Assembly (NCBI GenBank): GCA_944381245.1
Contig: CALWKK010000003.1
Location: 1-59,503 of the forward strand
DNA from: an uncultured Clostridia bacterium
GTDB taxonomy: Bacteria > Bacillota > Clostridia > Christensenellales > UBA1242
Direction of reading: 5' to 3'
Length of the DNA stretch: 59,503 bases
Under the pieces are notes generated by a model. That model saw nothing but the letters and a program-made list of their open reading frames with translations. It was not told the DNA's origin and ran no database searches. Every line of letters begins with the position of its first letter. Position 1 is the first letter of the stretch. This document shows, one piece after another, positions 49,707 through 59,503 of the stretch. The position numbers and the translations under genes were made by a program.

Positions 49707-51350
49707 TTAAACATAATTATCTGGCAAGTCATTTTCAAACAGTATTATATCATTTTTTCTTGCAATTTCTTTTATTTTTAATTTTGCTTCTATTATTGAA
49801 GATACTGCTATTATATTATTTGTATTAAAATTTTCAGATATTAAACCGTTATATATCTGTTCATAATTTGTGTTATTTACAATAATAACATAATCTGCAA
49901 CTTTTGCAAGATTTTTCCCAAAATTATAATTTTCTTCGTTTTCTTTATTTCCTAATTCAACTAATCCAGGTGTTACAATAATTTTTTTGCCACCTTTAAA
50001 TAGTTTAATAACTTCAAGTGCTGATTTATATCCATCAACATTTGAATTGTAAGAATCATCTAATATCGTTAATCCATTTTCTTTTTTTAATTCTAGTCTG
50101 TGATTAATAGGTTCAAGTTTTGCTATTCCAAGTTTAATTTCTTCTAAAGTTAAACCTAATTTATATGACAGTGCAGAACATAACAATATGTTTTGCAAAT
50201 TATGCTTACCTAATAATTTTGTTTTACATTCAACTTCATTTTTGTCTATAACTAAAATAAACTCTATACCTCTGTTTGTTATTTTTATATTTTTTGCATA
50301 CGCATAAGCTTTATCATCTTTATCAATTTTTATAAATATTTTATTAATTGTGCACTTTTCATATAATTCTTTGCATTTTTCATTTTCTCCATTAAAAACA
50401 GCTAATCCATTTTCTTTTGGCAACGAAAGAATTAATTCATTTTTTGTTTTGACTATATTTTCTAATGTTCCAAAAGTTGCAAGATGTTGATTACCAATTG
50501 AAGTTAATATACCATATTGTGGTTTTACTATATCACATAGATATTTTATATCACCAATTTGTTTTGCTCCCATTTCTGTTATTAAAACATTGTGACTTGG
50601 CTTTAAATAATCCAATATAACTTTAGTAATACCCATAGGGGTATTATAACTATGTGGAGATACACAAACATTAAATTTTTTCGATAAGATTGTGTTTAAA
50701 ATATATTTTGTACTAGTTTTTCCATAACTTCCTGTAATGGCAATTTTAATTAAATTATTGAATTTTTTTAATTTTTTTCTAGCAAAAAATATATATCTTA
50801 ATGAGTTTAAATTTTCAAATGGAACTAAAATACCATGTGCAATCGGAACAGTTATAGGTAATAATAATGGCGTTATAGCTATACTTGAAAATCTCACAAA
50901 AGGTATAAATTCAGTCGTAACATAAATCAAAATGAAAGTTAATCCTGCCATAATTAATCCTAACATTATGCATAATCGGGTCATTCTATGAGTTTGAACT
51001 AATGGTGTTTTTTTAGGAGCATTGTACATATTAACTATAAATACTATCATAAAAATTAAGTAAAAAATTAAACCTAAATAAGCCAAATAGGACTGTTCGC
51101 TAATATATGAATCAAATAAAGCTACTGTCACCAACATACATATTAAACTCATTAAACTTAACATTGCTATTCTTAAAATATACTTTGCGTGCGTGTCTTT
51201 TAACCAAATTTTATATCCTTGAATTTTATAACCTGATAATTGTAACATGTGTAAAAATTTATATCCACAAAAACAAAGCATTACTCCATTTATAATTGAT
51301 AATGCTATTGATATATATAAATTAGGATTTTCAGGATCAAAAAAATACAT
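49707..51350 (-). CDS. MurF-like Mur ligase with an N-terminal multi-TM domain
   Basis: About five TM helices, then ITGSYGKTSTK, SYNTPMG, EMGA, HRLE, DDSYNSN, TPGLVELG, FENDLPDNY. Confidence 0.85.
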   Translation of the reverse strand: MYFFDPENPNLYISIALSIINGVMLCFCGYKFLHMLQLSGYKIQGYKIWLKDTHAKYILRIAMLSLMSLICMLVTVALFDSYISEQSYLAYLGLIFYLIFMIVFIVNMYNAPKKTPLVQTHRMTRLCIMLGLIMAGLTFILIYVTTEFIPFVRFSSIAITPLLLPITVPIAHGILVPFENLNSLRYIFFARKKLKKFNNLIKIAITGSYGKTSTKYILNTILSKKFNVCVSPHSYNTPMGITKVILDYLKPSHNVLITEMGAKQIGDIKYLCDIVKPQYGILTSIGNQHLATFGTLENIVKTKNELILSLPKENGLAVFNGENEKCKELYEKCTINKIFIKIDKDDKAYAYAKNIKITNRGIEFILVIDKNEVECKTKLLGKHNLQNILLCSALSYKLGLTLEEIKLGIAKLEPINHRLELKKENGLTILDDSYNSNVDGYKSALEVIKLFKGGKKIIVTPGLVELGNKENEENYNFGKNLAKVADYVIIVNNTNYEQIYNGLISENFNTNNIIAVSSIIEAKLKIKEIARKNDIILFENDLPDNYV

Positions 51351-51410
51351 AAATTTTCCTTTTAATATTAAAATTAGTATACAATAAATAATTTTTTTTT
51401 AAAAGTAATT

Positions 51411-52160
51411 TTACAAATTTAAAAAATACATTATATTAGTTAATACTTCTTGCATATTAAAAATATAGTTGAAATGTCCACCGTTTTTTATAACAATTAA
51501 TTTGCTATTTTTTATATATTTATTTAATTTTTTCCCCATATATAAAGGAGTATCTTTATCTAATTTACCAAATATTATTAATGTTTCAACTTGAATAGTT
51601 TTACAGATATTAGATAAATCTTCATTTATTATATTTCTAAATGTATATTTTAACTTATCATCTAATTCCTTATAATCTTTTGAGCCTAGGTTTTCTGCTT
51701 TTTTTATTTTTAATCTTTTGTAAATTTTATATTTTAATATTTTATATTTAGTTACAACAGAAAATTTTGGTTTTATACCAGCTGAAGATAGTAAGATTAA
51801 CTTGTTTATTTTTAATTTAGTTTGACACAATTTAATTGCTACTCTGCCACCAAATGAATGCCCTATAACAATTATTGAATTAATTTTTATTCCTTCTTTT
51901 TGTAATATTTTTTTTGCATTTAAAATAATTTTTTCTGTTAAATTACTATAATCATCTAAATTCCAAGATTCTTTGGGTTTCTCGCTCTGTCCAAATGGTG
52001 GAAAATCAATATATAAGTATGTAAAATCTCCAATAATATTTTTTCCTAATTCTTCCATTAATGATATATTTGCACCCCAGCCATGCAATAAAACAATTAA
52101 GTTTTTCCCATTTCCAAATAATTTGTAATTTACTTTAGTTTTTTTATAATAGGTTTTCAT
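51411..52160 (-). CDS. Alpha/beta hydrolase
   Basis: LHGWG, DFPPFG.S, GHSFGG nucleophile elbow, D..TP, GGHF. Confidence 0.9.
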   Translation of the reverse strand: MKTYYKKTKVNYKLFGNGKNLIVLLHGWGANISLMEELGKNIIGDFTYLYIDFPPFGQSEKPKESWNLDDYSNLTEKIILNAKKILQKEGIKINSIIVIGHSFGGRVAIKLCQTKLKINKLILLSSAGIKPKFSVVTKYKILKYKIYKRLKIKKAENLGSKDYKELDDKLKYTFRNIINEDLSNICKTIQVETLIIFGKLDKDTPLYMGKKLNKYIKNSKLIVIKNGGHFNYIFNMQEVLTNIMYFLNL

Positions 52161-52175
52161 ATTAATTAAAATATG

Positions 52176-52201
52176 AAAAAAAGCACAATTTTTGTGCTTT
52201 T
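52176..52201 (-). terminator. Intrinsic terminator after recA
   Basis: Minus strand AAAAGCACAA/TTGTGCTTTT plus T tract. Confidence 0.75.
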
Positions 52202-52202
52202 G

Positions 52203-53210
52203 TTAATTTAGCGATAAAACTTCTCTTAATTTTTCTTCTATTTCTTTATAAATTTCTTGATTAGTTATCAAATAATTTTTTGCACTTTCACGACCTTGTG
52301 CGATTTTATTTCCTTGATAGGAATACCATGATCCTGTTTTTTGAATAATATCATTTTCAACAGCTAAATCTAGGACATTTCCTTCTTTTGATATACCTTT
52401 ACCAAAAACAATTTCAAAATCAGCAACTTTAAAAGGTGGCGCAAGTTTATTTTTAACAACTTTAACTCTTGTTTTGCTTGCATAAACTTGATTCGATGAA
52501 TCTTTTAAAGATTCAATTTTTCTAACATCTAATCTTAGACTAGCATAAAATTTTAGTGCTTTACCCCCAGTTGTTGTTTCTGGTGTCCCACCAAAACCCA
52601 TTGTATTTAATTTTTCTCTTAATTGATTAATAAAAATTATACAAGTATTACTTTTACTCGTCATTGCTGTTATTTTTCTTAATGCTTGACTCATTAATCT
52701 TGCCTGTAAACCCATATGACTGTCTCCCATTTCGCCATTTATCTCAGCCTTAGGTGTTAATGCGGCAACAGAATCTATTACAATTAAATCAACTGCCCCA
52801 CTTTTTACTAATTCTTCACAGATTTCTAAGGCTTGTTCTCCATTATCTGGTTGAGAAACATATAATTCAGATATATTAACTCCTAATTTTTCAGCATAAA
52901 TTGGATCTAAAGCATGTTCTGCATCAATAAAAGCTGCTATCCCTCCAGCTTTTTGACATTCTGCAAGTATATGCAAAGACACCGTTGTTTTACCTGATGA
53001 TTCAGGACCAAATATTTCAATAATTCTTCCCTTTGGGACCCCTCCAATTCCTAATGCTAAATCTAATGAAAGACAACCTGTTGGAATAACTTCAACTTTT
53101 TGTATTGGAGCTTCACCCAGCTTCATTATTGCACCTTTCCCAAATTGCTTTTCAATTTGACTAATTGCTAAATCTAAATTAGATATTTTATCTGTTGTTT
53201 TTTCTGCCAT
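52203..53210 (-). CDS. recA: Recombinase A
   Basis: [42 protein letters not shown]. Confidence 0.99.
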   Translation of the reverse strand: MAEKTTDKISNLDLAISQIEKQFGKGAIMKLGEAPIQKVEVIPTGCLSLDLALGIGGVPKGRIIEIFGPESSGKTTVSLHILAECQKAGGIAAFIDAEHALDPIYAEKLGVNISELYVSQPDNGEQALEICEELVKSGAVDLIVIDSVAALTPKAEINGEMGDSHMGLQARLMSQALRKITAMTSKSNTCIIFINQLREKLNTMGFGGTPETTTGGKALKFYASLRLDVRKIESLKDSSNQVYASKTRVKVVKNKLAPPFKVADFEIVFGKGISKEGNVLDLAVENDIIQKTGSWYSYQGNKIAQGRESAKNYLITNQEIYKEIEEKLREVLSLN

Positions 53211-53235
53211 ATTAAACTCCTTTTTTTAGTATATA

Positions 53236-53946
53236 TTATTTAACTAAATTTTTAAAATTATTTTGACGTATTTTTTTTATAAAATAAAACATTGCGGCTT
53301 TTGATGCTAACTCTATAACTTCATTTCTATTTCCTTCAAATTTATTTTTATAAACATCAATACTATGTTTATTTCCCACTGCAATGTAAATTTCACCAGA
53401 AACTAAATTGTTTGTATCATCTATATTACCAGATGTAACTATAACATGATCGCAATCTCTAAATTTGAATATTTCTTCTGCGATATCATAACACATTTTT
53501 ATTTCATTTACAATCCTATCATTTTTTATATAATCTTTAATACAAATATTTTCTACCATACAATTTTTTTCAACTGGAACTTTTGTCTCAATAATGCATT
53601 TACTATAATCTTTACTTGCTTTTGCAAGTAAACTAATTATATTTCCACCAGTAACGCATTCAATAATTATAATTTTTATATTATTAATTTTTGATAATTC
53701 AATTAAAGTTTCTTCAATTGTCATATCACTTTCAGCATAAACATAAGGTGAAATTATTTCAAATATTTTTTTTGACACATCATAAAAATTATTATTAGTT
53801 TGAGATGCCTTCAATTTAATTTCACTCAATAAATTAAATTCATTTATCTCTATATATACACCATGACTATCATTAAAAAGATCTTCTAATAATATTAATA
53901 AATCATTTCTAGTTATTCCAAAGCACTTAAAAATACATTCTTTCAT
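53236..53946 (-). CDS. cinA: Divergent, N-terminally reduced CinA (KH-like plus PncC-like domain)
   Basis: FKCFGI linker, IECVTGG (cf. AESCTGG), SG..G.IYIAVG, F.GNR..I. Sits between pgsA and recA. Confidence 0.65.
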   Translation of the reverse strand: MKECIFKCFGITRNDLLILLEDLFNDSHGVYIEINEFNLLSEIKLKASQTNNNFYDVSKKIFEIISPYVYAESDMTIEETLIELSKINNIKIIIIECVTGGNIISLLAKASKDYSKCIIETKVPVEKNCMVENICIKDYIKNDRIVNEIKMCYDIAEEIFKFRDCDHVIVTSGNIDDTNNLVSGEIYIAVGNKHSIDVYKNKFEGNRNEVIELASKAAMFYFIKKIRQNNFKNLVK

Positions 53947-54542
53947 TATTTTCCTTCGTTTGATTTTAATATTTTCCTATTTTTTACAACATAATTAATT
54001 CCTGAAACAATAGTCAATAATGTTGCCATTCCTATCAAAATCCAATTAATTATTTCAAAAATAAAAAGAGCTTGTCCATCTAAAATATTAGTAGTATAAA
54101 AATATGACAACAAAAACAAGAATGGTAAAGAAATGTCTTGTACTATTGTTTTAATCTTGCCAAACCAATCGGCTGCCATAACATAATTTTTTGTTGCTGC
54201 TATTTGTCTGAATGCACTTATTATCAATTCTCTGCCAATTATAATTATTGCTATAAAGAAGCCATATGGAACTGGTATTGTTTGATCGCAAACAACTAAT
54301 AATAATGCGCTTGTAGTTAATAATTTATCTGCTATAGGATCTAAAAATTTTCCTAAATCTGTTATTAAATTATTTTTTCTTGCAATATATCCGTCTAACA
54401 TATCCGTTATTGACGCAAAAATAAATATTATTAATGCGACAATTTTTCCAATAGAATTTGGTAAAAAACTTGCGAAATAAAAAAATATCATAAATGGAAT
54501 TAGTATTATTCTTATTATTGAAATTTTATTTGGTAAATTCAT
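53946..54542 (-). CDS. pgsA: CDP-diacylglycerol--glycerol-3-phosphate 3-phosphatidyltransferase
   Basis: MNLPN, TDMLDGYIAR..T.LGKFLDP.ADK. Start at ATG 54542 after AAGGAG. Confidence 0.95.
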   Translation of the reverse strand: MNLPNKISIIRIILIPFMIFFYFASFLPNSIGKIVALIIFIFASITDMLDGYIARKNNLITDLGKFLDPIADKLLTTSALLLVVCDQTIPVPYGFFIAIIIIGRELIISAFRQIAATKNYVMAADWFGKIKTIVQDISLPFLFLLSYFYTTNILDGQALFIFEIINWILIGMATLLTIVSGINYVVKNRKILKSNEGK

Positions 54543-54564
54543 TTTTTCTCCTTTATGTATAATT

Positions 54565-55878
54565 CTAGTTTTCATCTAATTGCCCAATGTAACAAAAATC
54601 TTTGAAATCTATTAACCTAACATTGTATATATACCCTATATTAATTTTGTTGTCAAACATTATTTCAACATAAAAATCGATATCAGGAGACATATTTTTT
54701 GTTCTTCCAATAAAACAATTTTTCTCTGCATTATAAGAATCAATAACAACTTTTTCTTTTGTTCCTATTTTATTTATATTTTTTTCATGAGCAATGTCGT
54801 ATTGAATTTTTTGAATCTTTTTTAATCTTAGTTTTTTTATAAATTCTGGGATTTGTTTTTTCATATAAAAAGCTTTTGTTGATTCTTCTCTTGAATAAGC
54901 AAAAAATCCAACGTTATCTAATTTATACTCTTTTAAAAATCTACATAATTTATTAAATTGTTTTCTTGTTTCTCCTGGAAATCCTATTATAAAAGTTGAT
55001 CTAATAGTAATTTCTGGGTAATTTAATTTAATTTTTTTTATAAGATTTAGACAATCATCTTCAGAAGTTCTTCTATTCATAGCTTTTAAAATTTTATTGT
55101 CTATATGTTGAAGAGGTATGTCTAAATACTTGCACATTTTTTCATTATTTTTAATAAATTCTAACAATTCATCCGATACCAATTCTGGATAACAATAATG
55201 TAGTCTAATCCATTTTAAATTGTTTATTTTTGTTAAATTTTCTAATAGCTCTACTATTTTATATTCGTTATATAAGTCAAAACCATATCTTGTTACATCT
55301 TGCGCAACAACAATTAATTCTTTTGCACCTGAATCCACCAGTTGTTTTGCTCTATTTACAACATCTTGTATTGTTATTGATTTATATCTACCTCTAATTC
55401 TAGGTATTGTGCAATAAGCGCAAGCATTATTACAGCCGTCTGCAATCTTTAAATAAGCAAAATGTTTTGATCCTGTTATCATTTGTCTATTTTCATAATT
55501 ATATTTTATTTCATTTCCATAAAGTCGTCCTAAAATTTGTACTATATTTTTATTTTCTTGTATTGGCACAAATTCATCAACTTCTGGTAAATATTTTTTT
55601 AATTCATCGATATATCTTTGACATAAACAACCAGTTACAATAATTTTTTCAATTTTACCTTGTTTTTTTAGCTCAATCATTTCTATAATGTTATTTATAG
55701 ATTCTTGTCTACTTGATAATATAAATGCACAAGTATTTATCAATACAATATTTGCACTATCAATATCTGTTATTTCCAATCCAAAGGAAGAAATATTATA
55801 TATCATTTCTTCTAAATCTACTTTATTCTTATCGCATCCCAAAGATATAAATGCTATTTTCTTTTGTTTTATTTCCAT
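54565..55878 (-). CDS. rimO: Ribosomal protein S12 methylthiotransferase
   Basis: SLGCDKN.VD.E, INTCAFI, CNNACAYC radical-SAM motif, C-terminal TRAM with PDID. Confidence 0.93.
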   Translation of the reverse strand: MEIKQKKIAFISLGCDKNKVDLEEMIYNISSFGLEITDIDSANIVLINTCAFILSSRQESINNIIEMIELKKQGKIEKIIVTGCLCQRYIDELKKYLPEVDEFVPIQENKNIVQILGRLYGNEIKYNYENRQMITGSKHFAYLKIADGCNNACAYCTIPRIRGRYKSITIQDVVNRAKQLVDSGAKELIVVAQDVTRYGFDLYNEYKIVELLENLTKINNLKWIRLHYCYPELVSDELLEFIKNNEKMCKYLDIPLQHIDNKILKAMNRRTSEDDCLNLIKKIKLNYPEITIRSTFIIGFPGETRKQFNKLCRFLKEYKLDNVGFFAYSREESTKAFYMKKQIPEFIKKLRLKKIQKIQYDIAHEKNINKIGTKEKVVIDSYNAEKNCFIGRTKNMSPDIDFYVEIMFDNKINIGYIYNVRLIDFKDFCYIGQLDEN

Positions 55879-58640
55879 TAATCAATTTCTCCGAATATTT
55901 CTTTAAATTCTTCCATTGTTAAAAATACTTGCCTTTGTTTTGATCCTTCAGCAGGTCCAACATATCCTTTTTGTTCCATTTCATCAACTAAGTTAGCTGC
56001 TCTAGAAAACCCTATTCTAAATCTTCTTTGTAACATTGTTATTGAAGCTTGTCCATTTTCTATAAATAATTTTAATGCGTAAGGTAAAAGTTCATCACTT
56101 TGTTCTGGGTTATGCCCAAATGGATTGCCTGCATATCCTTTTGGACTTGTAACAACTTCTTTTGCAACATCTAAATCAAAATCATAATTATTGTTTTCTT
56201 TTATAAAATTTACAACATTCTCAACTTCTTTACCATCAATATAACAACCTTGAATTCTTGTTGGCTCTGCTTGATCACTTGGCGCATATAACATATCACC
56301 TTTACCTAACAATTTTTCTGCTCCAGCCGAATCTAATATGGTTTTTGAATCTACATAACTAGTAACTGCAAAAGCTATTCTTGATGGAAAATTTGCTTTA
56401 ATTGTTCCAGTTATAACATTAACAGATGGTCTTTGTGTTGCTAATATTAAATGTATTCCAGCTGCTCTGGCTTTTTGAGCTAAACGCATAATTTTTTCTT
56501 CAATATCTTTTTTGGCAAGCATCATAAGATCGGCCAACTCATCAATTATTATAACTATTAATGGCAATTTTTCTGATTCACCAGATAACACATCTTGTGT
56601 GTTATTATATTCATCTAAATTTCTTGCCTTCTTTTCTTGAAAAATACTAAACCTTCTTTCCATTTCATTTATTGCCCATGTTAATGCATTAACGGCCTTG
56701 TCTGTTTCAGTTATAACATTTGGCAACATCAAATGTGGTAATCCATTATACATTGAAAATTCAACTCTTTTAGGATCAATTAAGATTAATTTAATATCTT
56801 CTGGCGATGCTTTATACAACATTGAAATTATAATAGTATTCAAACAAACACTTTTTCCTGACCCAGTTGCTCCTGCAATTAATAAATGTGGCATTTTTGC
56901 TAAATTGCAAATTCTAATTTCTCCACTTATTTCCTTGCCTAAAGCAAATGATAAAGGGCTTTTTGCATCTTGAAATTCTTTGCTCATCAAAATCTCTTTA
57001 ATACCTATTGTTGAAATTTTATCGTTTGGTACTTCTATTCCAACAGCACTTCTTCCAGGAATTGGAGCTTCTATTCTTATATCTCCATTTGAAGCTAAGT
57101 TAAGAGCTATATCGTCTTGGTGTGATAATATCTTTTTTATAGGAACTCCAACTGGCATTTCTAATTCATATCTAGTAACTGAAGGACCAACTACTATTCG
57201 AATTACTTTTGCATTTATATTGAATGTTTCAAGCGCATTTTCTAAAATTACTGCTTTTTTCTGAACACTTTCTTGTAATTCAATATCATTATTGATTATA
57301 TCGTTTAATAAATCAAAAGTTGGATAGATATATTTTTTATTTTTATTTATTTTTTTATGGTCAACTGCTGGTTTAAGTTTCTCAGCACTGATGTTAATAT
57401 TTGGTTCATCTTTCAACATTTTTTCAATTATATCACCAGCTACCGCTTTACTTTCAGCATTATTAAAATTACTTTCTTCCTCAAAATCAACAAAATTAGA
57501 TGAATTAGAAATATTATTATTATCTGAATCATAATTTTTATTTGCATTATCTATATTTATATTGCTATCATTTTTTTGCAAATCCTCTATATGTTCTTTA
57601 TTTTGATCAATATTTGTTTGTGTAGAAAGTATATATTTTTGACTATTTTTTAAAGACTCTATATTTTGCTGTATTTCATCATAAAAAGATTCTTCACTAA
57701 TTTTTTTATTATTAGTTTTATTATTAAATATAGCCATTTCTGTTAACTTGGGTGGGGTTAATAGATATTCTTTTTTTGTCAATTCATTTCTTTCAAATCT
57801 TTCCCTTAATGTTGGTTCTTTTTTTATATTATCGGATTGTTCTATTATACCATTTTTATACAATCCTAACTTTTGTTTTGCTGTTATATTTTTATTATTT
57901 TCTTCTTGCTCTTCTATTTTTGCATCTAATGTTATCTTAGGTTTTTCATTTTTTTGTTTGTTACCTTTTTCTTTTTTTGATTCGCTTACAAATATTTCTC
58001 CATCTTTTCCAATTAAATTTCCTTCTTTATCAATTATCCATTTATCAGATATATTTGTTTTTATTTTATTTTCAATTTTTTCTTGATTCTTTTTTTCAAG
58101 CAATATTTCTTTTTGTTTTTGAATTCTAATTGGCATATTTTCTTTTGCTTTTCTTTTTACATATAATAAATAATCAATTATTAAACAAACAAATATAACA
58201 AGCAAAATTGCAAATATGGCATAAACTCCAGCCGATCCTAAAGAAAATTTTACTGGTGAAATAATTATACCTATGATAATACCACCAGGCGTTAGCTGTT
58301 TTGTATAATTATATCCTAAAAATTCAAAAAATCCACCATTAAAATCTCCCACTACAATATTTTGTATTATTGCTAAAATTGATAAAATAGCACACACAAT
58401 ATAAGCTAAATATCTAATTGGAAGATAATATCTCCTTTTATTTATTAATGCTAATCCAACAAAAAAAATTGTAATAAACAATGGATAAGCAAAAAGCCCA
58501 AATGTTCCTAATAAAAAATATTTTAATGGTTTAATTAAAGAAGTAAACAATATTAAAAACACAAAGGAACATAAAATTAAAATTGATATTCCAATCCACA
58601 TTTTTATTTTTTTTATTTTTTGGTAAGTCAAATTTTTCAT
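55878..58640 (-). CDS. ftsK: DNA translocase FtsK/SpoIIIE
   Basis: N-terminal TMs, long linker, GPSVTRYE, PHLLIAGATGSGKS, IDELADL, ATQRPS, gamma domain LQRRFRIGFSRA. Confidence 0.95.
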   Translation of the reverse strand: MKNLTYQKIKKIKMWIGISILILCSFVFLILFTSLIKPLKYFLLGTFGLFAYPLFITIFFVGLALINKRRYYLPIRYLAYIVCAILSILAIIQNIVVGDFNGGFFEFLGYNYTKQLTPGGIIIGIIISPVKFSLGSAGVYAIFAILLVIFVCLIIDYLLYVKRKAKENMPIRIQKQKEILLEKKNQEKIENKIKTNISDKWIIDKEGNLIGKDGEIFVSESKKEKGNKQKNEKPKITLDAKIEEQEENNKNITAKQKLGLYKNGIIEQSDNIKKEPTLRERFERNELTKKEYLLTPPKLTEMAIFNNKTNNKKISEESFYDEIQQNIESLKNSQKYILSTQTNIDQNKEHIEDLQKNDSNINIDNANKNYDSDNNNISNSSNFVDFEEESNFNNAESKAVAGDIIEKMLKDEPNINISAEKLKPAVDHKKINKNKKYIYPTFDLLNDIINNDIELQESVQKKAVILENALETFNINAKVIRIVVGPSVTRYELEMPVGVPIKKILSHQDDIALNLASNGDIRIEAPIPGRSAVGIEVPNDKISTIGIKEILMSKEFQDAKSPLSFALGKEISGEIRICNLAKMPHLLIAGATGSGKSVCLNTIIISMLYKASPEDIKLILIDPKRVEFSMYNGLPHLMLPNVITETDKAVNALTWAINEMERRFSIFQEKKARNLDEYNNTQDVLSGESEKLPLIVIIIDELADLMMLAKKDIEEKIMRLAQKARAAGIHLILATQRPSVNVITGTIKANFPSRIAFAVTSYVDSKTILDSAGAEKLLGKGDMLYAPSDQAEPTRIQGCYIDGKEVENVVNFIKENNNYDFDLDVAKEVVTSPKGYAGNPFGHNPEQSDELLPYALKLFIENGQASITMLQRRFRIGFSRAANLVDEMEQKGYVGPAEGSKQRQVFLTMEEFKEIFGEID

Positions 58641-58750
58641 ATTAGTGTGATTATACCACAAAATAAATAAAGATAAAATAGATATTTTATAATTTTATGT
58701 TTTTTTTAAAAAAAATGTATATTATTTTTTTTTCTACATAATATATTAAT

Positions 58751-58830
58751 GTAAAGAAAATCTCCTTAATCTTGGAAAGATTTCTTTACCTGAACAACAC
58801 CGTGCGTATCAATTGCACGGTGTTTGTTTT
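58751..58830 (+). ncRNA. Candidate two-hairpin small RNA
   Basis: sigmaE-like promoter upstream, hairpin GTAAAGAAA(A)TCT/AGATTTCTTTAC carrying TCTCCTT, then a terminator hairpin. Confidence 0.4.
58793..58830. terminator. Intrinsic terminator (tkt on -, also usable on +)
   Basis: ACACCGTGC/GCACGGTGT GC-rich stem. The + side has the better T tract (TTTGTTTT). Confidence 0.8.
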
Positions 58831-59503
58831 ATTTTAAAATTTTTAAAATTTCCTTTTTTATATTAACAACTGAAAAACCATATTTCTTATATAATTCAAT
58901 TCCTTTGCCACTTTTACCAAATTTATTAATGTTAATTATTTTTCCATTCTCCCCGATATATTTATACCAGATATTATCTGAAGAGGCTTCAATAGCAACT
59001 CTAACTTTAACATTTTTTAATAAAACAGAATTTTTGTATTGTTCAGATTGATTTTCAAACATCTCTATACATGGAAAAGAAACAACAGCAACCTTTATTC
59101 CCATTTTATTTAATTCTCTTTTTGTGCTCATTGCTAATTCAACTTCACTACCAGTTGCATAAATGACAACTTCTATTTTTCCGCTATCCTTTTGTAATAT
59201 ATAACCACCTTTTTCAGCTAATTCTACACTACTATTTTGAATAGGTAAATCTTGTTTTGATAAAATAAAACAAGTTGGACATTGACTGTTCAAAGCTATG
59301 TTATACGATGCTATTAATTCATTAATATCACAAGGCCTACATACGTTTATATCGGGAATTTGTCTTAAAGTGCCCAGTTGTTCTATAGGTTGATGAGTCT
59401 CACCATCTTCTCCAACTATAATTGAATCGTGAGTAAAAAAATACATTATTGGTTGCTTCATGATAGCACTCATTCTTAAAGCTGGTAATAAGTAGTTTGA
59501 AAA
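58829..59503 (-). CDS. tkt: Transketolase, C-terminal part (truncated by window edge)
   Basis: Frame is open to the window end (FSNYLLPALRMSA...). THDSI.VGEDG.THQPIEQ, ATGSEV, FG.SG. Confidence 0.95.
   Translation of the reverse strand, partial: FSNYLLPALRMSAIMKQPIMYFFTHDSIIVGEDGETHQPIEQLGTLRQIPDINVCRPCDINELIASYNIALNSQCPTCFILSKQDLPIQNSSVELAEKGGYILQKDSGKIEVVIYATGSEVELAMSTKRELNKMGIKVAVVSFPCIEMFENQSEQYKNSVLLKNVKVRVAIEASSDNIWYKYIGENGKIININKFGKSGKGIELYKKYGFSVVNIKKEILKILK

Noticed and set aside
53211-53235. LexA (Cheo) box upstream of recA or recN
   Set aside because: No GAAC-N4-GTTC match in the short upstream intervals.
58731-58759. dif-like quasi-palindrome upstream of ftsK (TACATAATATATTAATGTA)
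   Set aside because: Only one arm resembles a Xer arm in the 11-6-11 register. A sigmaE-type -10 in AT-rich DNA explains it more simply.

Overview
Very AT-rich chromosomal segment from a spore-forming Clostridia-class Firmicute, read with the standard bacterial code. It is mostly core genome. Translation and RNA modification: ybeY, era, ileS, lysS, serS, efp, truB, rimO, ylxM-ffh-rpsP-khpA-rimM, rplI. DNA metabolism: a DnaD-domain/helicase-loader pair, a Xer-type recombinase, recN, recA, ftsK/spoIIIE, nfo. A reshuffled sporulation set: yqfD, sigG, spoIIIAA-AH, cwlD, dacF, spoIIM, spoIVB and a collagen-like protein. There are six tRNA genes. Genes run mostly + up to ~43 kb and mostly - after that. 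No CRISPR array, transposase or prophage was seen. Best leads: (1) a ~560-nt ORF-free structured RNA at 37406-37968 that matches OLE RNA, followed by an OapA-like membrane protein, here apparently a stand-alone unit with its own promoter and terminator; (2) a degenerate cGAS/DncV-like (SMODS) nucleotidyltransferase overlapping serS with no effector genes; (3) a type 2 IleRS with both signature motifs altered (KLHH, KFSKS); (4) tRNA-Leu(AAG) with A34 and tRNA-Leu(CAG) with A37; (5) a candidate ~80-nt sigmaE-driven sRNA carrying an anti-Shine-Dalgarno sequence; (6) a dif-like 11-6-11 site inside the recombinase promoter. All family calls come from motif recognition by eye, not database searches.
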